This document shows, piece by piece, positions 36,645 to 44,320 of a DNA stretch of 64,000 nt (its first letter is position 1; every line of letters begins with the position of its first letter). Source of the DNA: Gammaproteobacteria bacterium (lineage in GTDB: Bacteria > Pseudomonadota > Gammaproteobacteria > Eutrophobiales > Eutrophobiaceae). The position numbers and the translations under genes were made by a program. The notes beneath the pieces are model-generated. The model was not told where the DNA came from, ran no database searches, and saw nothing but the letters and a program-made list of their open reading frames with translations. The stretch covers positions 1,440,001-1,504,000 of the forward strand of contig OZ220696.1 in assembly GCA_965116495.1 (NCBI GenBank), read 5' to 3'.

Positions 36645-37427
36645 TCAGATCATACGGAAGCTGACCTTGCCCAGGTCCTGGAAACGTACATTGAGACTAT
36701 CGCCCTTCCCCACGGCTACTGCTGCCGTTATGCCACCTGTCATGATAAATGTCCCGGCAGGTATCACTTCGCCGCGTTCTGCCAGCATATTCGCCAGCAT
36801 GGCAACGCTGGACGCCGGGTGTCCCAGTACCGCCGCGCCTGCGCCGGTCTCGACTACCTCGCCGTTCTTTTCCATAACTACTCCCAGGACAGGCATGTCG
36901 ACGGCTGCCGCGTCCCGCATCACGCTGCCGCTGACAAAGCCGGCAGCCGAGGTGTTATCGGCGATAACGCTCTTCAGGTCGAAGCGGAAATTTTCATAGC
37001 GGGAATCTATGATCTCCACTGCCCCGACAATGAAATCAATGGCTGTCAATACCTGGCCGATATGACAACCCGGTCCTGCCAGTTCAGTCCTGGTCATAAC
37101 GGCCACCTCCGCTTCCACCCGGGGATGGATAAACATCCCCGTATCGATTTCCGCGCCGTCGCCATAACTGCCGTAATCGGACAAAAACCCATACACCGGC
37201 GTTGTCACGCCCATCTGTTTCATTTTTGCCTGGGAGGTCAGACCCATTTTCAGGCCGGCGATTTTACCGCCGCGCTCTGTTTTGCGACGGCGGATCTCAT
37301 ACTGGATGGAATACGCGTCTTCCCAGTCAAGTTCCGGGTGGGCATCGGTGATTTTCGTCACCGGCTGCCTGTTGAGCTCGGCATTTTCCAGGAGCTCTGC
37401 CAGTTGGCTGATCGTTTCCTGATCCAT
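36645..37427 (-). CDS. dmpH: 4-oxalocrotonate (2-oxo-3-hexenedioate) decarboxylase
   Basis: GLKMGLTSQAKMKQMGV, IHPRVEAE, EIIDSRYENFRFDLKSVIADN. Confidence 0.88.
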   Translation of the reverse strand: MDQETISQLAELLENAELNRQPVTKITDAHPELDWEDAYSIQYEIRRRKTERGGKIAGLKMGLTSQAKMKQMGVTTPVYGFLSDYGSYGDGAEIDTGMFIHPRVEAEVAVMTRTELAGPGCHIGQVLTAIDFIVGAVEIIDSRYENFRFDLKSVIADNTSAAGFVSGSVMRDAAAVDMPVLGVVMEKNGEVVETGAGAAVLGHPASSVAMLANMLAERGEVIPAGTFIMTGGITAAVAVGKGDSLNVRFQDLGKVSFRMI

Positions 37428-37429
37428 GG

Positions 37430-38551
37430 TTATTGCGCTGCCCCCTGCTTACTGCCTGCAGGGGCAGGCCCCTGCTTAATACCTGCAGAGCCTGCCCCCG
37501 CAGTAGTAAGCGGGGGGACGGGCTTCAGTTCACGGCGTGCGCGCACCATGTTCAGCGCCACGTCCTCAATCATGTCTTCCTGGCCGCCGATGGTTTTCAT
37601 CTTCCCCAGTTCAACCAGGATATCTCCCGATGGGATATTGTATTTTTCCCCCACACGTTGTGCATGCAGGAGAAAGGAGGAGTACACGCCTGCATAGCCC
37701 ATGATCAGTGAATCACGGTCAACCCGGATCTGCTGGTCCATCATGGGCACTACATTGTCCTCCGCCACGTTCATCAGCTTATATACATCCACACCGGTTT
37801 TAACACCCATACGGTCCAGCACCGCATTGAATACTTCCAGGGGGGTGTTGCCGGCGCCGGCACCCAGACCCGCGGCGGAACCGTCAATCCGATCCGCGCC
37901 GGCTTCTACGGCCGCCAATGAGTTGGCAATACCCATAGCCATATTGTGGTGCCCATGAAAACCAATCTCGGTGTCCTCATTCAACCCTGCGCGCAAGGCC
38001 CCGATACGGGCCGTGACGTCATCCGGCAACATGTAGCCGGCGGAATCGGTACAGTAAATACAATTGGCGCCGTAGGATTCCATCAGTTTTCCCTGCTCAA
38101 GCAATTGCTGCGGCTCCACCATGTGCGCCATCATCAGGAAGCCTACCGTGTCCAGGTCAAGCTTTCGGGCGGAACTGATGTGTTGTTCGGACACATCCGC
38201 TTCAGTACAGTGGGTCGCCACGCGAATAGTGTGCACCCCACAGTCCCGGGCCATGTTCAAATGGTCCACGGTGCCGATCCCGGGCAACAATAACGCCGAT
38301 ATTTTTGCATTCTTCATGCGCGGGATGACTGCCCGCAAATATTCTTCATCCGAACTGGCGGGGAAACCGTAATTGATGGAAGCGCCGCCCAGTCCGTCAC
38401 CATGGGTGACTTCGATAAGGTGTATTCCCGCATCGTCCAGTGCAGAAGCGATATCAACCATCTGTTCAATGCTGATCAGGTGACGTTTGGCATGCATTCC
38501 GTCACGCAGGCACATATCATGCAATTTGACTGTTTTGCCCGTCAGGTTCAT
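37430..38551 (-). CDS. dmpG: 4-hydroxy-2-oxovalerate aldolase
   Basis: [28 protein letters not shown]; carries a low-complexity C-terminal tail. Confidence 0.93.
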   Translation of the reverse strand: MNLTGKTVKLHDMCLRDGMHAKRHLISIEQMVDIASALDDAGIHLIEVTHGDGLGGASINYGFPASSDEEYLRAVIPRMKNAKISALLLPGIGTVDHLNMARDCGVHTIRVATHCTEADVSEQHISSARKLDLDTVGFLMMAHMVEPQQLLEQGKLMESYGANCIYCTDSAGYMLPDDVTARIGALRAGLNEDTEIGFHGHHNMAMGIANSLAAVEAGADRIDGSAAGLGAGAGNTPLEVFNAVLDRMGVKTGVDVYKLMNVAEDNVVPMMDQQIRVDRDSLIMGYAGVYSSFLLHAQRVGEKYNIPSGDILVELGKMKTIGGQEDMIEDVALNMVRARRELKPVPPLTTAGAGSAGIKQGPAPAGSKQGAAQ

Positions 38552-38562
38552 AGCTGCCTCTC

Positions 38563-39471
38563 CTAGGCGTTTACGGCTGCCGGCTGCACGGCGCCATTGA
38601 TTATCTCTTCCGCAAACATCTCACCGGTGCGTAACGCCGCAGCAGTCATGATGTCCAGGTTGCCCGCATATTCCGGCAGGTAATCTCCCAGGCCTTTCAC
38701 CTCCATGAAGATGGACACGCGGTTGCCGTCGAATACCGGGCCGTTTTTCAGTTGATATCCCGGCACGTATTTTTGCACCTCCCTGATCATGTCATGGACG
38801 GAGCGTGTGATAGCGTCCTCATCCGGAGTGTCTTCCGTCAGGCAATGGATGGTATCACGCATAATCATTGGAGGTTCTGCCGGGTTCAGGATGATGATCG
38901 CCTTGCCCTGTCCGGCGCCGCCTACCCGTTCCAGTCCGTTAGCCGTAGTGCGGGTAAATTCATCAATATTCTTGCGCGTACCGGGTCCTGCCGACTTTGA
39001 CGCGACGGTGGCAACAATTTCCGCATATTTCACCGGTTGTATCCTGCTCACTGCGGCTACCATGGGAATGGTCGCCTGCCCGCCGCAACTGACCATGTTT
39101 ACGTTGGTCTCCTGTCTCCCCACGTGCTCCTGCAGGTTAACGGGCGGCACACAGTAAGGGCCGATAGCCGCCGGGGTCAGGTCGATGACCAGCACACCGC
39201 GCGCCTCCAGCTTGCTGGAGTTTTCCGGATGGATATAGGCGGAGGTTGCATCAAAAGCAATTTTGATGCCGTCGGCATCTATGTGTTCAAGCAACTCATC
39301 CACACCCGCGTGGGTCGTCTTCAAGCCGCTGGCTCTTGCCTGCGCCAAGCCGTCCGAGGCGGGGTCTATACCCACCATCCAGACCGGATTAATCCAGTCA
39401 CTGCGCAGTGCTTTCATCATCAGGTCTGTTCCGATATTCCCGGAACCGACCAGCGCAGCATTTACTTTCAT
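38563..39471 (-). CDS. dmpF: Acetaldehyde dehydrogenase (acylating)
   Basis: [38 protein letters not shown]. Confidence 0.95.
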   Translation of the reverse strand: MKVNAALVGSGNIGTDLMMKALRSDWINPVWMVGIDPASDGLAQARASGLKTTHAGVDELLEHIDADGIKIAFDATSAYIHPENSSKLEARGVLVIDLTPAAIGPYCVPPVNLQEHVGRQETNVNMVSCGGQATIPMVAAVSRIQPVKYAEIVATVASKSAGPGTRKNIDEFTRTTANGLERVGGAGQGKAIIILNPAEPPMIMRDTIHCLTEDTPDEDAITRSVHDMIREVQKYVPGYQLKNGPVFDGNRVSIFMEVKGLGDYLPEYAGNLDIMTAAALRTGEMFAEEIINGAVQPAAVNA

Positions 39472-39491
39472 ATCATCAGCCTCAAGTTTAA

Positions 39492-39515
39492 GGGGACGGA
39501 GTTAAATCCGTCCCC
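39492..39515. repeat. GGGGAC-family palindrome variant
   Basis: GGGGACGGAGTTAAATCCGTCCCC. Confidence 0.7.
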
Positions 39516-39541
39516 GGAGGTTGGATCCCAACGCAAGACAA

Positions 39542-40333
39542 TTACGTAAACCGCACGGATGCATTGCCGATACCGCCAATGGATAAACTCATCGAATCTC
39601 CCGCCACGACCGGATGCAGGGGAACAAGGGAACCCGACAGGATCACTTCGCCGGCCTCCAGCTTGATACCGAATCCACCCAGGGTATTCGCCAGCCAGGC
39701 AACACAGTTAACCGGCGAACCCAGGGCCGCGGCGCCGGCGCCCGTGGCAATGACTTCACCGTTCTTTGAATGCACCATACCGCAGGTAACCAGGTCTACG
39801 TTACGCGGGTCAACACCCCTGTCGCCCAGCATGAATGCGCCGCAGGAGGCATTATCCGAAATGGTATCCTGGATCCTGATTTTCCAGTCCCGGATACGGG
39901 AGTCCACAATTTCAAAACAGGGCATCACGCATTCCGTGGCGCGCAGGACATCGGCATTGGTGACACCCGGTCCCTCCAGGTCATGTTTCAGGATGAATGC
40001 TATCTCTCCCTCCGCCCGTGGTTGTATCATTTCCGAACTGATGGGTATTTCGTCCCCGTTGTTATAAACCATGCGGTCTGTCAGGTAACCGAAATCCGGC
40101 TGGTCGACCTGGAGCATGTTCATTACTGCCTTGCTGGTAACACCGATTTTTTTGCCGATGACTACTTCACCATCATCCAGGCGCCGCTGCAGCAACCGCA
40201 GTGAAATACGGTAAGCGTCCTCGATGGTTATATCAGGCTCCCGCTCCGTTAACGGCTCGATAGTTTTACGCTTGCGCAGACAATCGTAGAGCGTATTACC
40301 GTAGGACAGTATTTTGTCAGCAGCAAAAATCAT
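39542..40333 (-). CDS. dmpE: 2-oxopent-4-enoate hydratase
   Basis: GKKIGVTSKAV, QPDFGYL, EIVDSRIRDWKIRIQDTISDNASCG. Confidence 0.9.
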   Translation of the reverse strand: MIFAADKILSYGNTLYDCLRKRKTIEPLTEREPDITIEDAYRISLRLLQRRLDDGEVVIGKKIGVTSKAVMNMLQVDQPDFGYLTDRMVYNNGDEIPISSEMIQPRAEGEIAFILKHDLEGPGVTNADVLRATECVMPCFEIVDSRIRDWKIRIQDTISDNASCGAFMLGDRGVDPRNVDLVTCGMVHSKNGEVIATGAGAAALGSPVNCVAWLANTLGGFGIKLEAGEVILSGSLVPLHPVVAGDSMSLSIGGIGNASVRFT

Positions 40334-40335
40334 AT

Positions 40336-40375
40336 CGTCATTCCCGCGTCATTCCCGCGCAAGCGGGAATCCAGT
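40336..40375. repeat. REP hairpin with a duplicated 11-bp foot
   Basis: CGTCATTCCCG CGTCATTCCCG CGCAAGCGGGAATCCAGT. Confidence 0.75.
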
Positions 40376-40392
40376 CAACCACATAATATTCT

Positions 40393-41883
40393 TCATAATT
40401 TCAAACACACGTTGCGCATTTCAGTGTAAAACTCCAGCGAGTGTACACCACCTTCACGGCCTATGCCTGATTGTTTGGAGCCGCCGAAGGGTGTCCTCAG
40501 GTCCCGCAGGAACCAGCAGTTGACCCAGGTAATACCCACTTCAATAGCGGTAGCAACCCGGTGCGCGCGCGCTGCGTCCCCGGTCCAGATTGCCGTTGCC
40601 AGTCCATACGGCGTATCGTTAGCCATGCTGATCACTTCTGCTTCTTCATCAAAGGGCTGAATATGGCAGCAGGGACCGAAGATCTCTTCTCGAATAACCG
40701 GCGATGACTCGGGCAGACCCGTCCAGATAGTCGGCTCCACCCAGAAACCGCCTCCCAGTTCATCCGGCACTTGTGGAACAGCGCCGCCGGTAACAATTTC
40801 TGCCCCCTCCTCCCTGGCCTTTTGGTAGTAGGACAACACCTTCTCCCTTTGCTGCCGGCTGATCATGGGTCCGAGGGTGGTCGTTGCGAGTTCGGGCCGT
40901 CCGGCCACCAGGTTTTCCGCGCCCAGCTTGAGCCGTTGCACGAATTCGTCAAACACGGACCGCTCAACGTAAACCCTTTCCGTACCCAGGCAAACCTGGC
41001 CGCAATTGGCAAACGCCGAGCGCATGGTTCCCACTATGGCTTGATCCATATCACAGTCGGCAAACACCACACCCGCATTCTTGCCGCCCAGTTCAAACGA
41101 TACGTCGCGCAGGCCAACCGCCGCCGCCTGCATGATCTGGCTGCCCGTGGCCGTTTCCCCGGTAAACGTGATGGCGTCCACGCCCGGGTGTTCGGTCAGG
41201 AACTGGCCGGCGGAATCGGGACCGAAACCGTGCACCACGTTATATACACCCGCCGGTATGCCGACTGAATTCATCACCTCGCCCAGCAGGGTTGCCGTCG
41301 CAGGAGTCTCCTCCGACGGCTTGACCACAACGCTGTTGCCGCAGGCCAGTGCCGGCCCGACCTTCCAGGTCATCAGCAGCAAGGGCAAATTCCAGGGACA
41401 GATGACAGCGATAACACCCTTGGGCACCCGTAGCGCATAATTCAGCGCCCCGGCGCCGTCCGGGGTATCCATCATGAAGGATTCTGCGGGTACGTTCTTG
41501 ATGACATCCGCAAAGATTTTGAAGTTGGCCGCGCCCCGTGGAATATCAATGTGCCTGGCCAATGACCAAGGCTTGCCGGTATCCAGACATTCCGCTTCAA
41601 GAAAATCATCGAAGCGGGCGTTAATCCCGTCGGCTAGGTCATACAGTAACGCGACCCGCTGCTGTACAGTCATTGCGCCCCAGGGTCCCGTCAGGGCGGC
41701 ACGGGCAGCGTTGACTACCGTGTCGACCTCTTCCCTGCCCGCTTCATGGACCTGTGCATAGGCCTCGCCCGTTACCGGGTTAAGCGTATCGAACATCCTG
41801 CCGCCGGCAGACCCGATAAATTCGCCGTTAACAAAATGACAAAACGGCGTACCTGAAATGACTTGTTCTACTTTTGCGTGCAT
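40393..41883 (-). CDS. dmpC: 2-hydroxymuconic semialdehyde dehydrogenase
   Basis: HIDIPRGAANF, PWNLPLLLMTWK, ELGGKN, GQVCLGTER, WFLRDLRTPFGG. Confidence 0.92.
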   Translation of the reverse strand: MHAKVEQVISGTPFCHFVNGEFIGSAGGRMFDTLNPVTGEAYAQVHEAGREEVDTVVNAARAALTGPWGAMTVQQRVALLYDLADGINARFDDFLEAECLDTGKPWSLARHIDIPRGAANFKIFADVIKNVPAESFMMDTPDGAGALNYALRVPKGVIAVICPWNLPLLLMTWKVGPALACGNSVVVKPSEETPATATLLGEVMNSVGIPAGVYNVVHGFGPDSAGQFLTEHPGVDAITFTGETATGSQIMQAAAVGLRDVSFELGGKNAGVVFADCDMDQAIVGTMRSAFANCGQVCLGTERVYVERSVFDEFVQRLKLGAENLVAGRPELATTTLGPMISRQQREKVLSYYQKAREEGAEIVTGGAVPQVPDELGGGFWVEPTIWTGLPESSPVIREEIFGPCCHIQPFDEEAEVISMANDTPYGLATAIWTGDAARAHRVATAIEVGITWVNCWFLRDLRTPFGGSKQSGIGREGGVHSLEFYTEMRNVCLKL

Positions 41884-41898
41884 TATCCCGAACCCTCA

Positions 41899-41990
41899 AA
41901 TGGGGTCAGGTCGCACAATGCACACGCAAAGATAATAAGTGCGAAGTCTTGGCAAACCTCTGCGTGTGCATTGTGCGACCTGACCCCATT
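41899..41990. repeat. Long-hairpin repeat family, copy 2
   Basis: 33-bp IR with 1 mismatch and a 26-nt loop. Confidence 0.9.
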
Positions 41991-42421
41991 CATGCATTGT
42001 CATGCAGAATTTTCAGCGCATATTCTGCAATTTCCTCATCCTGCTTCTCACTCGCCCCGGAGACACCGATGGCGCCAACGCGGCGCCCGTCGACTTCTAT
42101 GGGGACACCCCCGCCGCAGGTCAAAAGCCGGTCCACCGAGGGCAGGCCGGATCGACACGACACAGACAGGTTGGCGATCACTTCCTCCCACTTCGACGTG
42201 GGCATACCGAAACTCATTGCCGTGTACGCCTTGCTGACGGCCACGTCAATGGAATGGAATGCCGAACCCGGCATGCGCAGGAAAGCAGCCAGGTGACCGC
42301 CGCTGTCCACGACCGCGACGTTGACTTTTACGTCCATTTCATCTGCCTGCTGCACTGCGGCCCGTACCAGTGCATGGGCTGCTTCCCAATGGATGTTGTT
42401 CTGCTCTACAGTGACTTTCAT
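41990..42421 (-). CDS. GlcG/HbpS-family heme-binding protein
   Basis: VAVVDSGGHL, AVSKAYTA, GGGVPI, GAIGVSGA...QD. Confidence 0.88.
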   Translation of the reverse strand: MKVTVEQNNIHWEAAHALVRAAVQQADEMDVKVNVAVVDSGGHLAAFLRMPGSAFHSIDVAVSKAYTAMSFGMPTSKWEEVIANLSVSCRSGLPSVDRLLTCGGGVPIEVDGRRVGAIGVSGASEKQDEEIAEYALKILHDNA

Positions 42422-42423
42422 CT

Positions 42424-43215
42424 TTATCCTGCACCCAGGTGTTCTTGTATTTTACGCCATGGCGCGGCGCCCTTGTCTTTCAGTTCAGCCAGTTTTTGTG
42501 CAGGGAAATCGTCCGCAACTCCCGTTTTATAGGATGGACGATCGACACACCTCTCATACCAGGCCGCAACGTTTTTACGACCCAGGTACCACTCAGTCCA
42601 GCCAAATTGATACAGGGTTTGAAAATACGGCGCCATGGCCGCATCAGCCAGGGAAAACCGGTCACCCGCCAGCCAGTCCTGCCTGCTCAATAACTGTTCC
42701 ATATCCGCAATGGTTTTCTCGTATGTAGCAACGGCATCAACGACATCCGGGGCGTCATAACCCAGTTTCAGCAAGCGCCGCTGGCGTTCGCGCCGGGGTT
42801 TTTCCACAACCCGGTTTATCACGGCCTCCCGCTCCGCCTCCGACATCTGCAGGAGCTTGTCCGCCATCAGCAACGGCCATTGCAGGGCCCCGCAACTGGG
42901 ATGAACCTTGATGTCCACGTGTTTCATCCAGAAGCGCATCTGTGCCCTGTGGTAGGGATTATCAGGCCGCAGTTCCGGCCCGGGGAATTTATCTTCCAGG
43001 TACTCACAGATAATGGATGATTCGATGACCGGATTCCCCCCGTCCACCAGGGTCGGCACGACACCCAGGGGATTTAACCTGAGATACTCCGGGGTGAGGT
43101 TCTCCTTTTCCGCCAGGTTAACGTGGCGTTTCTCCCAATCAAGACTCTTTTCCGCCAGTACAATTCGCACCTTCTGGGAGCAAGGTGACATGGGATGGGT
43201 ATATAATTCCAGCAT
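42424..43215 (-). CDS. Glutathione S-transferase
   Basis: SPCSQKVR, LNPLGVVPTL, IESSIICEYL, AGDRFSLADA. Start placed at MLELY; the longer ORF runs through a repeat. Confidence 0.88.
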   Translation of the reverse strand: MLELYTHPMSPCSQKVRIVLAEKSLDWEKRHVNLAEKENLTPEYLRLNPLGVVPTLVDGGNPVIESSIICEYLEDKFPGPELRPDNPYHRAQMRFWMKHVDIKVHPSCGALQWPLLMADKLLQMSEAEREAVINRVVEKPRRERQRRLLKLGYDAPDVVDAVATYEKTIADMEQLLSRQDWLAGDRFSLADAAMAPYFQTLYQFGWTEWYLGRKNVAAWYERCVDRPSYKTGVADDFPAQKLAELKDKGAAPWRKIQEHLGAG

Positions 43216-43239
43216 GTTGTTATTTAATGTATTATCAGA

Positions 43240-43338
43240 AGAATATGGGGTCAGGTCGCACAATGCACACTCAAAGAAATGAGTACGAAGTCTTGACAAA
43301 CCTTTGAGTGTGCATTGTGCGACCTGACCCCATATTCT
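43240..43338. repeat. Long-hairpin repeat family, copy 3
   Basis: Perfect 37-bp IR; the 25-nt loop resembles that of copy 2. Confidence 0.9.
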
Positions 43339-43352
43339 CATATTCTTTTCTT

Positions 43353-43397
43353 ATATCGATATTTGTTTATTTTATCGATATTTTGATATAGTGGCAA
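43353..43397 (-). promoter_or_regulatory. Sigma70 promoter of the catabolic operon with two TATCGATA operators
   Basis: Minus-strand TTGCCA(43397-43392)-17-TAAAAT(43374-43369); TATCGATA boxes at 43354-43361 and 43373-43380. Confidence 0.65.
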
Positions 43398-43422
43398 ATA
43401 TAATCATCAATAACTTTCAGTA

Positions 43423-44133
43423 ATGCCGCCTGCACCTGCCAGAACGCTGGTTGAAGCCTCCTATAACCGGCTTCGCTCCGACATCATAGCCGGAAAACTT
43501 GCGCCGGGCGCCAAGCTCCGTATCGAGGAACTGAGGGAGGATTACCGAATCGGGGCAAGCCCGCTGCGGGAAGCACTGAACAGGCTCGCCGGTGAAGGAT
43601 TTGTCACGGTCGAGGAACAACGGGGCTTCAAGGTCGCACCCATTTCCATGAACGACCTGCAAGACCTGAGTCGCATGCGCATCATGCTGGAATGTGAAGC
43701 ACTGCGGAAAAGCATCACGAACGGTGACGATGAGTGGGAAGCAAACCTTGTTGCGGCGCATCACCGCCTGCAAAAAGCCGAACAGAGCTATGGCAGGAAC
43801 CTGGGCGAGTGGGAGCAGCGCAACGAAGAATTTCATGAGGCCCTTGTTGCCGCCTGTGCCTCCCCCTGGCTGCTACGCCTGCGCCATATACTCTACGAAC
43901 AACACAAGAGATACCGCTTCATTGCCATATTAACCCCCCAGGATAATCGGAATGTTCACCTTGAACACCTGAAAATCATGGAAACAGCCCTGTCCCGTGA
44001 CGTAGACGCTGCCTGTGCGGCAACGGAATATCATATCCAGAGAACCCTGGAAACCAGCACCCGGGTATTTGCTGAACTGGAAAAGAATCCCATCGAACCC
44101 GCCCCCCGACCAGGACAAATACATACTTTGTGA
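43423..44133 (+). CDS. GntR/FadR-family (FCD) transcriptional regulator
   Basis: LRSDIIAGKLAPGAKL, GASPLREALNRL, RGFKVA, NEEFH, EH. Confidence 0.92.
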   Translation: MPPAPARTLVEASYNRLRSDIIAGKLAPGAKLRIEELREDYRIGASPLREALNRLAGEGFVTVEEQRGFKVAPISMNDLQDLSRMRIMLECEALRKSITNGDDEWEANLVAAHHRLQKAEQSYGRNLGEWEQRNEEFHEALVAACASPWLLRLRHILYEQHKRYRFIAILTPQDNRNVHLEHLKIMETALSRDVDAACAATEYHIQRTLETSTRVFAELEKNPIEPAPRPGQIHTL

Positions 44134-44158
44134 AGCCCGGCTATCATCGTCCGGCGAT

Positions 44159-44174
44159 TGGCATAGTAATTGCT
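44159..44174 (+). promoter_or_regulatory. Sigma54 (-24/-12) promoter
   Basis: TGGCATAGTAATTGCT gives GG-N10-GC, upstream of the TBDR-urease operon. Confidence 0.6.
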
Positions 44175-44320
44175 GTAGTTTAATAGATAGTTGCCGGATT
44201 ACAGTAATATTTTGTTTATTGCGCCATAATTGTGCATTAATGCGTCTATATGCGCGCAGAAGCATAAAATAGGGCGTCATATGATCCCCGAAAAATTAAA
44301 AACCTGATTAAGAGCTTGCC

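Noticed and set aside
41990-42421. GlcG protein as a cobalamin chaperone for RdhA
   Set aside because: GlcG-family genes are common in ordinary meta-cleavage operons; nothing in the sequence supports a B12 role.
43216-43341. N-terminal extension of the GST
   Set aside because: It runs through the hairpin repeat; the GST fold begins at MLELY (43215).
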